64,000 nt of DNA, taken from sequence record OR539219.1, one strand, 5' to 3'. Below the pieces are notes generated by a model that ran no database searches, had not been told where the DNA came from, and worked only from the letters and a program-made list of their open reading frames with translations. The DNA comes from Escherichia phage vB-Eco-KMB39. Numbering within the stretch: the first letter of the stretch is position 1; each line of letters opens with the position of its first letter. The translations under genes and the position numbers were made by a program. Positions 9,002-20,034 of this stretch are shown piece after piece.

Positions 9002-9018
9002 GAATAAAAGGAGCATCT

Positions 9019-9768
9019 ATGGCAAACATTATTCGTTGTAAATTACCAGATGGTGTTCATCGTTTTAAACCATTTACGGTAGAAGATTATCGAGATTTTT
9101 TGTTAGTTCGAAACGATATAGAACATCGGTCACCACAAGAACAGAAAGAAATAATTACTGATTTAATTGATGATTATTTTGGAGACTATCCGAAGACTTG
9201 GCAACCATTTATATTTTTGCAGGTATTTGTAGGGTCAATAGGTAAAACAAAAGTACCGGTCACATTTGTATGTCCAAAATGTAAAAAAGAAAAGACAGTT
9301 CCATTTGAAATATATCAAAAAGAATTAAAGGAACCTGTTTTTGATGTAGCTAATGTTAAAATTAAATTAAAGTTTCCTTCTGAGTTTTATGAAAATAAAG
9401 CAAAGATGATTACTGAAAATATTCATTCTGTTCAAGTAGATGAAATATGGTATGATTGGAAGGAAATTAGTGAATCCAGTCAAATAGAACTTGTTGATGC
9501 CATCGAGATAGAAACATTAGAAAAAATTCTCGATGCAATGAATCCTATTAATTTAACTCTACATATGTCATGCTGTAATAAGTACATTAAAAAATACACT
9601 GATATAGTAGACGTGTTTAAGCTATTAGTTAACCCAGATGAGATATTTACTTTTTATCAAATTAATCACACACTCGTAAAAAGTAATTATAGCTTAAATT
9701 CAATAATGAAAATGATTCCTGCCGAGCGCGGATTCGTATTAAAACTGATTGAGAAGGATAAACAATAA
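9019..9768 (+). CDS. 51: Baseplate hub assembly protein gp51
   Basis: 249 aa; size and synteny as T4 gp51. Confidence 0.85.
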   Translation: MANIIRCKLPDGVHRFKPFTVEDYRDFLLVRNDIEHRSPQEQKEIITDLIDDYFGDYPKTWQPFIFLQVFVGSIGKTKVPVTFVCPKCKKEKTVPFEIYQKELKEPVFDVANVKIKLKFPSEFYENKAKMITENIHSVQVDEIWYDWKEISESSQIELVDAIEIETLEKILDAMNPINLTLHMSCCNKYIKKYTDIVDVFKLLVNPDEIFTFYQINHTLVKSNYSLNSIMKMIPAERGFVLKLIEKDKQ

Positions 9769-10940
9769 TGAGTATGTTGCAACGCCCCGGATATCCAAAT
9801 CTCAGCGTTAAATTATTTGATAGCTACGACGCTTGGAGTAATAATAGATTTGTTGAATTAGCTGCTACTATTACTACATTAACTATGCGGGATTCTCTTT
9901 ATGGCCGAAATGAAGGAATGCTGCAGTTTTATGATTCTAAAAACATCCATACAAAAATGGATGGAAATGAAATAATTCAGATTTCTGTAGCTAATGCAAA
10001 TGATATTAATAATGTTAAAACACGAATTTATGGATGTAAGCATTTTTCCGTGTCAGTAGATTCAAAAGGTGATAACATCATTGCTATTGAATTGGGAACT
10101 ATTCATTCTATAGAAAATCTTAAATTTGGTAGACCATTTTTCCCTGATGCGGGTGAATCAATAAAAGAAATGCTTGGTGTCATTTATCAAGACCGTACAC
10201 TATTAACTCCAGCAATAAATGCTATAAATGCTTATGTTCCTGATATTCCATGGACTAGCACATTTGAAAACTATTTGTCATATGTAAGAGAAGTTGCTCT
10301 AGCTGTAGGAAGTGACAAATTTGTATTTGTGTGGCAAGACATCATGGGAGTTAACATGATGGACTATGATATGATGATAAACCAAGAACCATATCCAATG
10401 ATTGTCGGCGAGCCATCTTTAATAGGTCAATTCATCCAAGAATTAAAATACCCATTAGCATATGATTTCGTTTGGTTGACTAAATCGAATCCTCACAAAC
10501 GTGACCCAATGAAAAATGCTACTATCTATGCTCATTCATTTTTAGATTCTTCATTGCCAATGATTACTACGGGAAAGGGCGAAAACTCTATTGTAGTGTC
10601 AAGGTCAGGTGCTTATTCTGAAATGACTTATAGGAATGGTTATGAAGAAGCTATTCGTCTTCAAACTATGGCACAATATGACGGCTATGCTAAATGTTCT
10701 ACTGTTGGTAATTTTAACTTGACTCCTGGTGTTAAAATTATTTTTAATGATAGTAAAAACCAATTTAAAACAGAATTTTACGTTGATGAAGTTATCCATG
10801 AATTATCCAATAATAACTCAGTAACTCATCTATATATGTTCACTAATGCAACGAAACTGGAAACAATAGACCCAGTTAAGGTTAAAAATGAATTTAAATC
10901 TGATACTACCACTGAAGAAAGTAGTTCTTCCAATAAGTAA
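9768..10940 (+). CDS. 27: Baseplate hub subunit gp27
   Basis: 390 aa; size and synteny as T4 gp27. Confidence 0.88.
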   Translation: MSMLQRPGYPNLSVKLFDSYDAWSNNRFVELAATITTLTMRDSLYGRNEGMLQFYDSKNIHTKMDGNEIIQISVANANDINNVKTRIYGCKHFSVSVDSKGDNIIAIELGTIHSIENLKFGRPFFPDAGESIKEMLGVIYQDRTLLTPAINAINAYVPDIPWTSTFENYLSYVREVALAVGSDKFVFVWQDIMGVNMMDYDMMINQEPYPMIVGEPSLIGQFIQELKYPLAYDFVWLTKSNPHKRDPMKNATIYAHSFLDSSLPMITTGKGENSIVVSRSGAYSEMTYRNGYEEAIRLQTMAQYDGYAKCSTVGNFNLTPGVKIIFNDSKNQFKTEFYVDEVIHELSNNNSVTHLYMFTNATKLETIDPVKVKNEFKSDTTTEESSSSNK

Positions 10941-11421
10941 TAAAGAAGTTTCTATTCCTAAAATGGGTCTTAAACATTATAACATTTTAAAAGATGTTAA
11001 AGGCCCTGATGAAAATTTAAAACTTCTTATTGATTCTATTTGTCCGAATTTGTCACCAGCAGAAGTTGATTTCGTTTCTATTCATTTATTGGAATTTAAT
11101 GGAAAGATTAAATCTCGTAAAGAAATAGATGGTTATACTTATGACATTAATGATGTTTATGTGTGCCAAAGATTAGAATTTCAATACCAAGGAAATACAT
11201 TTTATTTTAGACCTCCTGGAAAATTTGAACAATTTTTAACGGTGAGCGATATGTTATCTAAATGCTTACTTAAGGTCAACGATGAAGTTAAAGAAATTAA
11301 TTTTCTTGAGATGCCAGCATTCGTTTTAAAATGGGCAAATGATATTTTTACAACTTTAGCAATTCCTGGCCCTAATGGTCCAATAACTGGAATTGGCAAT
11401 ATTATTGGATTATTTGAATGA
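10888..11421 (+). CDS. 28: Baseplate hub distal subunit gp28
   Basis: 177 aa; overlaps 3' end of gene 27. Confidence 0.8.
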   Translation: MNLNLILPLKKVVLPISNKEVSIPKMGLKHYNILKDVKGPDENLKLLIDSICPNLSPAEVDFVSIHLLEFNGKIKSRKEIDGYTYDINDVYVCQRLEFQYQGNTFYFRPPGKFEQFLTVSDMLSKCLLKVNDEVKEINFLEMPAFVLKWANDIFTTLAIPGPNGPITGIGNIIGLFE

Positions 11422-13190
11422 AAAAGCCACAAGAAATGCAAACGATGCGTAGAAAAGTTATTTCAGATAATAAACCAACACAGGAAGCGGCTAAATCCGC
11501 TTCTAACACTTTATCTGGACTTAATGATATATCTACGAAATTGGATGATGCTCAAGCTGCTTCTGAATTAATAGCTCAAACTGTCGAAGAAAAATCGAAT
11601 GAAATAGTTGGAGCAATTGGTAACGTAGAAAGCGCAGTGAGTGATACTACTGCCGGTTCTGAGTTAATTGCTGAAACTGTCGAAATTGGCAACAATATTA
11701 ATAAAGAAATCGGTGAATCACTCGGAAGCAAATTAGATAAATTAACAAGTTTACTGGAACAAAAAATTCAGACAGCTGGAATTCAGCAAACTGGAACGAG
11801 TTTAGCTACGGTTGAAAGCGCTATTCCCGTTAAAGTCGTTGAGGATGGTACTGCTGAATCTGTGGGTCCTTTATTACCAGCTCCTGAAGCAGTTAATAAT
11901 GATCCTGACGCTGATTTTTTCCCTACCCCTCAGCCAGTTGAGCCAAAGCAAGAATCACCAGAAGAAAAACAGAAAAAAGAAGCATTTAACTTAAAATTAT
12001 CTCAAGCTTTAGATAAATTAACAAAGACAGTTGATTTTGGATTTAAGAAATCCATTTCAATTACTGATAAAATATCAAGCATGCTATTTAAGTATACCGT
12101 CAGTGCTGCTATTGAAGCTGCTAAAATGACTGCAATGATATTGGCTGTTGTTGTTGGAATAGACCTGTTGATGGTTCATTTTAAATACTGGTCAGATAAA
12201 TTTTCAAAAGCCTGGGATTTATTTAATACTGACTTTACTAAATTCTCTAGCGAAACCGGAACATGGGGTCCTTTATTACAGAGCATCTTTGATTCTATTG
12301 ATAAAATTAAACAACTTTGGGAAGCGGGAGATTGGGGTGGATTGACAGCAGCTATTGTTGAAGGACTCGGAAGTGTTCTTTTTAATTTAGGTGAACTTAT
12401 TCAATTAGGTATGGCTAAATTATCTGCAGCAATTCTTCGAGTCATTCCTGGTATGAAGGATACTGCTGATGAAGTAGAAGGAAGAGCATTAGAAAATTTC
12501 CAAAATTCTACTGGAGCATCTCTCAATAAAGAAGACCAGGAAAAAGTTGCAAATTATCAAGATAAACGAATGAATGGAGACCTTGGTCCGATAGCAAAAG
12601 GATTAGATAAAATTGCTAATTGGAAAACTCGTGCATCTAATTGGATTCGTGGGGTTGATAATAAAGAAGCACTAACTACCGACGAAGAACGCGCAGCAGA
12701 AGAAGAAAAATTAAAGCAACTTTCACCTGAAGAAAGAAAAAATGCTTTAATGAAGGCTAATGAAGCCCGTGCCGCAATGATTCGCTTTGAAAAATATGCT
12801 GATTCAGCTGATATGAGTAAAGACTCAACGGTTAAATCAGTTGAAGCTGCCTATGAAGACCTTAAAAAACGGATGGATGACCCGGATTTAAATAATTCGC
12901 CGGCAGTTAAAAAAGAACTTGCTGCTAGATTTTCTAAAATTGATGCTACTTATCAAGAGCTCAAGAAAAATCAGCCTAATGCCAAACCTGAAACTTCTGC
13001 TAAATCGCCAGAAGCAAAACAAGTCCAGGTAATAGAAAAGAACAAAGCACAGCAAGCTCCTGTTCAACAAGCATCTCCTTCAATCAATAATACTAATAAT
13101 GTTATTAAGAAAAATACTGTCGTTCATAATATGACACCCGTAACGAGCACGACTGCTCCTGGTGTATTTGATGCGACTGGAGTTAATTAA
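11418..13190 (+). CDS. 29: Baseplate hub subunit / tail length determinator gp29
   Basis: 590 aa; coiled-coil and low-complexity regions; size and synteny as T4 gp29. Confidence 0.88.
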   Translation: MKKPQEMQTMRRKVISDNKPTQEAAKSASNTLSGLNDISTKLDDAQAASELIAQTVEEKSNEIVGAIGNVESAVSDTTAGSELIAETVEIGNNINKEIGESLGSKLDKLTSLLEQKIQTAGIQQTGTSLATVESAIPVKVVEDGTAESVGPLLPAPEAVNNDPDADFFPTPQPVEPKQESPEEKQKKEAFNLKLSQALDKLTKTVDFGFKKSISITDKISSMLFKYTVSAAIEAAKMTAMILAVVVGIDLLMVHFKYWSDKFSKAWDLFNTDFTKFSSETGTWGPLLQSIFDSIDKIKQLWEAGDWGGLTAAIVEGLGSVLFNLGELIQLGMAKLSAAILRVIPGMKDTADEVEGRALENFQNSTGASLNKEDQEKVANYQDKRMNGDLGPIAKGLDKIANWKTRASNWIRGVDNKEALTTDEERAAEEEKLKQLSPEERKNALMKANEARAAMIRFEKYADSADMSKDSTVKSVEAAYEDLKKRMDDPDLNNSPAVKKELAARFSKIDATYQELKKNQPNAKPETSAKSPEAKQVQVIEKNKAQQAPVQQASPSINNTNNVIKKNTVVHNMTPVTSTTAPGVFDATGVN

Positions 13191-13198
13191 GGAATAAT

Positions 13199-14293
13199 AT
13201 GGCAATTGTTAAAGAAATAACTGCTGATTTAATTAAAAAGTCCGGTGAGAAAATTTCAGCCGGACAGAGTACTAAATCAGAAGTAGGAACTAAAACATAC
13301 ACTGCCCAGTTTCCAACTGGGCGTGCTAGTGGTAATGACACTACAGGGGACTTCCAGGTAACAGATCTATATAAGAATGGATTATTATTTACTGCATACA
13401 ATATGTCATCTAGGGATTCTGGAAGTCTTAGATCGATGAGATCTAACTACTCTTCTTCATCTTCGAGTATTTTACGTACAGCCAGAAACACTATTAGTAG
13501 TACAGTATCAAAACTATCAAATGGATTAATATCAGATAATAATTCAGGAACAATAAGTAAAGCTCCTATCGCAAACATTCTTTTACCGAGATCTAAATCT
13601 GATGTTGATACATCATCACACAGATTTAATGATGTTCAAGAAAGCCTTATCAGTAGAGGCGGAGGTACTGCTACTGGTGTGCTAAGTAATATTGCTTCAA
13701 CCGCAGTATTTGGGGCGCTGGAAAGTATAACACAAGGTATAATGGCTGATAATAATGAACAGATTTATACGACAGCCAGAAGTATGTATGGTGGTGCTGA
13801 AAATAGAACTAAAGTGTTTACATGGGATTTGACTCCACGTTCAACAGAAGATTTAATGGCTATTATTAATATCTATCAATATTTTAACTATTTTTCTTAT
13901 GGTGAAACGGGTAAATCTCAATATGCTGCTGAAATAAAGGGGTATTTAGATGATTGGTATCGTTCTACGTTAATTGAACCTTTATCTCCGGAAGACGCAG
14001 CTAAAAATAAAACACTATTTGAGAAAATGACATCGAGTTTAACTAACGTTCTAGTGGTTTCAAACCCGACAATTTGGATGGTGAAAAACTTTGGTGCAAC
14101 ATCTAAGTTTGATGGAAAAACGGAAATATTTGGTCCATGTCAAATACAGAGTATCAGATTTGATAAAACACCTAATGGTAACTTTAACGGATTAGCTATT
14201 GCTCCAAACCTCCCTAGTACATTTACTCTTGAGATTACTATGAGAGAAATTATCACGTTAAACCGTGCTTCTTTATATGCGGGGACTTTTTAA
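13199..14293 (+). CDS. 48: Baseplate tail-tube junction protein gp48
   Basis: 364 aa; size and synteny as T4 gp48. Confidence 0.87.
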   Translation: MAIVKEITADLIKKSGEKISAGQSTKSEVGTKTYTAQFPTGRASGNDTTGDFQVTDLYKNGLLFTAYNMSSRDSGSLRSMRSNYSSSSSSILRTARNTISSTVSKLSNGLISDNNSGTISKAPIANILLPRSKSDVDTSSHRFNDVQESLISRGGGTATGVLSNIASTAVFGALESITQGIMADNNEQIYTTARSMYGGAENRTKVFTWDLTPRSTEDLMAIINIYQYFNYFSYGETGKSQYAAEIKGYLDDWYRSTLIEPLSPEDAAKNKTLFEKMTSSLTNVLVVSNPTIWMVKNFGATSKFDGKTEIFGPCQIQSIRFDKTPNGNFNGLAIAPNLPSTFTLEITMREIITLNRASLYAGTF

Positions 14294-15258
14294 TGTATTC
14301 TTTAGAGGAATTTAATAATCAAGCAATAAACGCAGATTTCCAACGTAATAATATGTTTAGCTGCGTTTTTGCGACAACTCCATCAACTAAAAGCTCTTCG
14401 TTGATAAGTTCAATTAGCAACTTTTCTTATAATAACTTGGGTCTAAATTCAGATTGGTTAGGATTGACTCAAGGCGATATTAATCAGGGAATTACCGCGC
14501 TAATTACAGCTGGCACACAAAAACTGATAAGAAAATCAGGAGTTAGTAAATATCTTATTGGTGCCATGAGTCAACGTACAGTTCAAAGTTTATTAGGCTC
14601 ATTTACAGTTGGTACATATTTAATTGACTTCTTTAACATGGCATATAACTCATCTGGATTGATGATATATTCTGTAAAAATGCCAGAGAATAGATTATCC
14701 TATGAAACTGACTGGAACTATAATTCTCCTAATATTCGTATAACTGGGAGAGAATTAGACCCTTTGGTTATTTCATTTAGAATGGATTCAGAAGCTTGTA
14801 ACTATCGTGCAATGCAAGACTGGGTTAACGCTGTTCAAGACCCAGTAACTGGACTGCGTGCTTTGCCACAAGATGTCGAGGCAGATATTCAGGTTAATCT
14901 TCATTCTCGCAATGGATTACCTCATACTGCGGTAATGTTCACCGGATGCATTCCAATGTCAGTGAGCGCTCCTGAATTATCATATGATGGAGATAACCAA
15001 ATAACTACATTTGATGTTACTTTTGCGTATAGAGTCATGCAGGCTGGAGCAGTTGATAGGCAAGCTGCGCTTGAATGGCTTGAATCTGCTGCTATAAATG
15101 GTATTCAAAGCGTTCTCGGAAATAGTGGAGGTGTTACTGGACTATCTAATTCGCTTTCACGACTCAGTAGATTAGGTGGAACTGCAGGAAGCATTTCAAA
15201 CATTAATACTATGACAGGAATTGTCAATTCGCAAAGTAAAATATTAGGAGCAATATAA
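14293..15258 (+). CDS. 54: Baseplate tail-tube initiator gp54
   Basis: 321 aa; size and synteny as T4 gp54. Confidence 0.87.
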   Translation: MYSLEEFNNQAINADFQRNNMFSCVFATTPSTKSSSLISSISNFSYNNLGLNSDWLGLTQGDINQGITALITAGTQKLIRKSGVSKYLIGAMSQRTVQSLLGSFTVGTYLIDFFNMAYNSSGLMIYSVKMPENRLSYETDWNYNSPNIRITGRELDPLVISFRMDSEACNYRAMQDWVNAVQDPVTGLRALPQDVEADIQVNLHSRNGLPHTAVMFTGCIPMSVSAPELSYDGDNQITTFDVTFAYRVMQAGAVDRQAALEWLESAAINGIQSVLGNSGGVTGLSNSLSRLSRLGGTAGSISNINTMTGIVNSQSKILGAI

Positions 15259-15262
15259 CAAT

Positions 15263-15290
15263 GGGGACCTTTCGGTCCCCATATTTTTAT
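15263..15290. terminator. Bidirectional terminator between gene 54 and the convergent alt-region genes
   Basis: GGGGACC-TTTC-GGTCCCC hairpin followed by ATATTTTTATTT. Confidence 0.65.
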
Positions 15291-15577
15291 TTACGGAATG
15301 AAATGAAAGCAGCAACTGAAGCAACTAAACTGTCTTCAATATAAACTTCAATTTTTACCGGAGCTTCTGACTCAAATTTACCTGTTACTACACCCTGAAA
15401 AATACTTTCAGTCTGTTTTGGCTTTGAAAAATTTTCAGAAGGAAAAATTCCGAACTTTTTATCTGTTCCAAAAATTTTGATAAATTCATCGTAAACTGCT
15501 TCATTAAAAGCGTTATCAGCAGGAATAACGCCTTCAACTACAAGTTCTTGACCTAAAAAGCGCAAAGAAGATTTCAT
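15287..15577 (-). CDS. Hypothetical protein (position of T4 alt.-3)
   Basis: 96 aa ORF with its own early promoter and downstream terminator. Confidence 0.6.
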   Translation of the reverse strand: MKSSLRFLGQELVVEGVIPADNAFNEAVYDEFIKIFGTDKKFGIFPSENFSKPKQTESIFQGVVTGKFESEAPVKIEVYIEDSLVASVAAFISFRK

Positions 15578-15608
15578 TTTGTGTTCCTCATGTTATGTCA
15601 GTAAGACT

Positions 15609-15637
15609 ACTATAACACAACATAAGGAACTTGTAAA
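15609..15637 (-). promoter_or_regulatory. Sigma70-type phage early promoter
   Basis: Minus strand: -35 TTTACA, 17 nt spacer, -10 TATAGT; abuts the stop codon of the upstream alt paralog. Confidence 0.6.
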
Positions 15638-17695
15638 CTACATTTTGAACTTTTTAGACATTCCGTTGATGTTAACCAAAGAAGCCAAGATTTGAGAAAC
15701 TTCGTTTTCCTCTTCTTTTGATTCTTCTACAAGAAATTGATTAAATCCAGCCATTGGACGAACTTCACCAGTTTCCATTAGATGGTCTCCATCATATACT
15801 GATTCTTCTAATTGTTCAGAAGGAGGAACGATTGTACCTTCAATTAGATACTTGTTATAAGCAGTTTCTTTCATAAAGTACGTACTTACTTTATTAATCT
15901 TCAGTAAAATTCCACGCGGTAGAATAACTTCAGCTTCTGATGGAAATCCTGATAAATGACCTGGAACGATAACTTTGATTCGCTCAGCTCCTTTAATTAC
16001 CATACCCACGCTAGTTTCAGCATCTTCATTAGCATATGTAGAATGACTACCCATATGCATCAAATCTTCTGCATCAACGGAATCTTCTCCTTCACCGGAA
16101 AATACTGCGCCGGAATCATCTAGAGCCATATAGTTTTTACCATGCTCACCGAAGATATTTGGTTTAAGCGATGTGGATACGAAGTTCTTGAAATAAAACA
16201 TTTTATTTTCAATGTTATGACGCAAAGTTTTAAAGGTAACTTCTTGTCCACGGTAAAGCGTAGTTCCTGGAGGAAGAACTGAACCTTTAGCGAATGCAGA
16301 ATCCAACGTCTCGATGTGCTTAATAGCACGTTCCATATATTCTTCACGGGTAGAATCTGGTTTACCCAAAAGGAACGAGTTCATTTCAACATATGAATCT
16401 GCACAATAATCTTCAATTACATCAGACTCAGCCTGAGTCAGTCCTTTTGGAGTTACTTCAGTGCTTGCGTATTCATATGCCTGAGCAGCAGATTCATTAA
16501 TCAATTTATAAATGCCATTCATGACAAATTGAATAATAGCTGTCTTTTCATCTGGCGTAGCTTTAGAACCTTTAACCAAATCATTGATAATTTTCTTAAT
16601 AACATCAAAGCTATTAGAAATATTAATGTCAGCAAGATCGCTTAAAATTTTATCGGTTTTATAATCAAAGAATTCTTTATTCTTTAAATATTCTTGAGAA
16701 CCTTGATATGTTATATCGCTCTGCAGCTTGATAGATGGATCACGTAAACGCGCATGGGCCAATGCGATATGATTTCGGAAGTTTTCTAGTTCATAATCGC
16801 TAGATTTAAAACGAGAAGCACTCCTCATACCACCAATAGCTCCTTTGCTGAAGTTTGAACCAATCTGGATAACGCCAGAGTTCATTGGTCCTTCTGCTTT
16901 ATATACCGGAACTTTAGATTCAAACTCTTGATATTTCTTGGCAGCGAAGCTATCACCCTGAAGTGAAGCATCAACAGTAGAATATTGAGCTTGTGCTGCT
17001 AATCGACGACTGATTTTAGTTTTCTGAATAACAGCTTGGTCCGTGCGTTTATCATTTTCTAAAGCAATAGAAGCAGCAACAGCGACAGCTTTAGGAACAG
17101 CATTTCCTGTTTTAACGTCTACATAAACATCACCGACCTTTGATTCAACTTTTGTGAATAACTCAGTTGAAATAGGAGGTACACCTGGAATGTCTTCTAA
17201 ATTGGCATTTTTACGGTAAACCATAATATATGCATACTTTTTATCATAGTCCCAGATTTCCTTTAAAAGAACATATCGACCTGCTCCTTTAGTACGTACT
17301 AAACGGTCAGCAATAACTTGCATTTGACGAGCTGCGCCATTTGTTTTACTCTTTAGTACACGGAATAAGCACGCGTCAATTTTGTACTGCTTCATTGTTT
17401 GAAGAGCAGTATCAAAAACAGCATTAATGACGCCAATTGGATTTCCACCCAAGTTTCTAAGCTTAACCAGCGATAATTTCTCGTTGACACCTATCATTAC
17501 GATATGCATCATTTTATCGCCTAGTTTAACGTTTTTATTTGTATCACCACCAGAGGTGTATGTACAAAATCTAAATCCAGGAAGCACGCTTTCTTCGCCG
17601 GCTTGGATAGCAAAAATTTGAGGTATTTTATGCTTAGGATTTAAGTTAACAACCGGCGCCGAAGCGCCGTCAAATAATTCTGTAATAAGTTCCAT
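15638..17695 (-). CDS. Alt-like ADP-ribosyltransferase paralog (intact)
   Basis: 685 aa; N-terminal ~220 aa ~65% identical to the adjacent Alt (MELITELFD...); C-terminal ART motifs R (TLYRGQEV), STS (NFVSTSLKP), ExE (EAEVILPRG). Confidence 0.85.
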   Translation of the reverse strand: MELITELFDGASAPVVNLNPKHKIPQIFAIQAGEESVLPGFRFCTYTSGGDTNKNVKLGDKMMHIVMIGVNEKLSLVKLRNLGGNPIGVINAVFDTALQTMKQYKIDACLFRVLKSKTNGAARQMQVIADRLVRTKGAGRYVLLKEIWDYDKKYAYIMVYRKNANLEDIPGVPPISTELFTKVESKVGDVYVDVKTGNAVPKAVAVAASIALENDKRTDQAVIQKTKISRRLAAQAQYSTVDASLQGDSFAAKKYQEFESKVPVYKAEGPMNSGVIQIGSNFSKGAIGGMRSASRFKSSDYELENFRNHIALAHARLRDPSIKLQSDITYQGSQEYLKNKEFFDYKTDKILSDLADINISNSFDVIKKIINDLVKGSKATPDEKTAIIQFVMNGIYKLINESAAQAYEYASTEVTPKGLTQAESDVIEDYCADSYVEMNSFLLGKPDSTREEYMERAIKHIETLDSAFAKGSVLPPGTTLYRGQEVTFKTLRHNIENKMFYFKNFVSTSLKPNIFGEHGKNYMALDDSGAVFSGEGEDSVDAEDLMHMGSHSTYANEDAETSVGMVIKGAERIKVIVPGHLSGFPSEAEVILPRGILLKINKVSTYFMKETAYNKYLIEGTIVPPSEQLEESVYDGDHLMETGEVRPMAGFNQFLVEESKEEENEVSQILASLVNINGMSKKFKM

Positions 17696-17698
17696 GAT

Positions 17699-19792
17699 TT
17701 ATCCTTGAACGAACTTGTAAGGCATGTTTGTAATATCTATGCAAGACGCAATAATTCCAAGAGATGATTCTACTTTCTGTTTAACATTTGATGAAACAAA
17801 TGATGCAAAGTCAACTTTGTCTTCTATTTCAATATCACCTGTCATTGCAACTACTTCGCCGGTTTCCATTAAACGGTCACCGTCATAAATTACCGATTCG
17901 GTGAGTTCTTCTGTGGTCATAACTTCAGCTTGAATGAGTTTTGTATTATTAGACGTGATTCCGTCATTATTAGAAGCATCAGTTATTTTATTAACTTTGA
18001 CCATCAATCCACGCGGTAGAATAACTTCAGCTTCTGTTGCTATTCCGAGACTTCCTGGATATACAACATTAACTTTATGAGCTCCATCAATTGCCCATCC
18101 TATTTGAACTTTAACGTATTCAGGATTTTCTTTATACGCTCTTATTTCGTTTGGATTAATAGTTATTCCTTCTTCATTTTTATCAACTGTTAATTCATTG
18201 CGAGCTTCTGGTTCTAAAAGACCAATACCAGCATGTGTAATTCCAAAACGTCCAAAAATGATAGGAGTTAAAGAAGTAGATACAAAATTTCTGAAATAGA
18301 ACACTTTATTTTTAACTAGTGCTTCGTATATAGGAGCAGTCATACTTTGAGCACGATAAACTGTAATGCCTTCTGGTATACGGTCACCATTTTCAAAAGC
18401 TGAATCTAAATTATTTATAGCAGATTCAATTTCTTTTTCACTCATTATATCATATCGTTCTGGATTGTAACGACCTAAAAGAAGATTATTGATGTCTGTA
18501 TATCCTGAACCACAATACTCTCTAATGCCGCGCTTTTGTGATGGAGTATATTTAGAACCATCACGGGCAATAGTAATATCAATCATTGGACCTGCACCAA
18601 TTCCGGAAAAGCTATAAATCATTCGTTTGAGGAATTTAGTTTTTGCTGCATTCCAGGCATTTTTAGTTATTTCTCCCCAGACTTCATCTGGCTGCCCTTT
18701 ACGAGTTTTATTATGTTTATCAAGCCAATTATCTTTATATTCTTCAAATAATTGATTAACAGCTGCTGCGTATTTCTCTAAACATTTTATTGAAGTAGTT
18801 GGTTCATTTTTAATCGCATTAAGAATTACATCTTTAATTTTTTCTGAAACTTCACCGACTTGACTCATTGGAAAGAATTTATAATCATAGTGAAGTTCAT
18901 CTGCCGTTCCTTCAGCAATAATTTTTGCTGCCTTAGTTTTAGAAGCTAATGAATTAATTCCAAGCTTCATTTCTTCTGCTTCGGGAATTAAAGGTGCAGT
19001 AGCAGGTTTATTGAAATTAGCTGCGGTAGATTCATACTTCTGGAATAATTCACTTTCAAATCTAGAAGATTCCAATGACTGACTTTGTGCAATTGCTCTA
19101 CGGGAAATTTTAACTTTAACGATTACGGCTTGGTCAGAACGTTTATCGTTTTCTTGTGCAATAGATGCAGCAATTGCCTCATTTTTGGTTACTTGAGCTC
19201 CAGTATCTTTATTAATATAAACATCACCGACCTTCGATTCAACTTTAGTAAAGAGCTCGGTACTAATTTCCGGAACTCCTGGAATGTCTTCTAGTGATAC
19301 ATTTTTGCGATGTATAAGAATATATGCATACTTTTTATCATAATCCCAGAGTTCCTTAAGAAGGACGTATCTGCCACCTGAACGACTACGGATAAGTCTA
19401 TCAGCAATAACTTGAATTTGTCGAGCTTGGCCAGCAGTTTTAGACTTAAGAATACGAAGCATACAAGCATCAATTTTATACTGACGCATTGTTTGCATTG
19501 CAACAGTAAAAACTGAATTGATATAATTAATTGGGCTTGGACCAAGACCTTTTAATTTAGCAATTGAACCTTTAGCAGTTAATGTAAAAGGAACAATATG
19601 CATCATTTTGTCGCCCATTTTTAAATCGCGATTAGTATCACCTCCAGATGTATAGGTACATAAACGAAAGCCTGGTTGTTCAATTGCATCATCAACATGA
19701 ACTGAAAAAATTTGTGGTATTTTCTTCTTTGGATTTAAGTTTGTAATCGGAAGAGTAGTATCTTCGTCAAATAATTCTGTAATAAGTTCCAT
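17699..19792 (-). CDS. alt: Alt ADP-ribosyltransferase (capsid-packaged, modifies host RNA polymerase)
   Basis: 697 aa; MELITELFDEDTTLPITNLNPKKKIPQIF...; ART motifs TVYRAQSM / NFVSTSLTP / EAEVILPRG; adjacent to gene 30 as in T4. Confidence 0.88.
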   Translation of the reverse strand: MELITELFDEDTTLPITNLNPKKKIPQIFSVHVDDAIEQPGFRLCTYTSGGDTNRDLKMGDKMMHIVPFTLTAKGSIAKLKGLGPSPINYINSVFTVAMQTMRQYKIDACMLRILKSKTAGQARQIQVIADRLIRSRSGGRYVLLKELWDYDKKYAYILIHRKNVSLEDIPGVPEISTELFTKVESKVGDVYINKDTGAQVTKNEAIAASIAQENDKRSDQAVIVKVKISRRAIAQSQSLESSRFESELFQKYESTAANFNKPATAPLIPEAEEMKLGINSLASKTKAAKIIAEGTADELHYDYKFFPMSQVGEVSEKIKDVILNAIKNEPTTSIKCLEKYAAAVNQLFEEYKDNWLDKHNKTRKGQPDEVWGEITKNAWNAAKTKFLKRMIYSFSGIGAGPMIDITIARDGSKYTPSQKRGIREYCGSGYTDINNLLLGRYNPERYDIMSEKEIESAINNLDSAFENGDRIPEGITVYRAQSMTAPIYEALVKNKVFYFRNFVSTSLTPIIFGRFGITHAGIGLLEPEARNELTVDKNEEGITINPNEIRAYKENPEYVKVQIGWAIDGAHKVNVVYPGSLGIATEAEVILPRGLMVKVNKITDASNNDGITSNNTKLIQAEVMTTEELTESVIYDGDRLMETGEVVAMTGDIEIEDKVDFASFVSSNVKQKVESSLGIIASCIDITNMPYKFVQG

Positions 19793-19815
19793 GTTATCCT
19801 CTCTAGTGTTTATTC

Positions 19816-19823
19816 TATTTATA
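19816..19823 (-). promoter_or_regulatory. Late promoter (TATAAATA on minus strand) upstream of alt
   Basis: Plus-strand TATTTATA about 25 nt upstream of alt ATG; fits Alt being a late, head-packaged protein. Confidence 0.6.
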
Positions 19824-19828
19824 AAATT

Positions 19829-19845
19829 AAAGGCCCGAAGGCCTT
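19829..19845 (-). terminator. Hairpin terminator upstream of alt late promoter
   Basis: AAAGGCC-CGAA-GGCCTTT. Confidence 0.5.
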
Positions 19846-19848
19846 TAA

Positions 19849-20034
19849 TTAATAGAGAGCTAAAAGAGTACGATATACTTCAAACTTTGGACCTTTTTCA
19901 TATGGATCAAATCTTTCCATGAATTCATCATATGCTAGTTTATCTGGGAATTCAAGAATAACCTGCGATACCGCAGTGGAAACATCTCCACCTTCTTTTT
20001 GAGCCACGACAATTGTTTCTAAGTAAGCTTTCAT
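19849..20034 (-). CDS. Hypothetical small protein, start overlaps gene 30 stop
   Basis: 61 aa ORF; ATGA-type overlap with ligase stop codon. Confidence 0.5.
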   Translation of the reverse strand: MKAYLETIVVAQKEGGDVSTAVSQVILEFPDKLAYDEFMERFDPYEKGPKFEVYRTLLALY

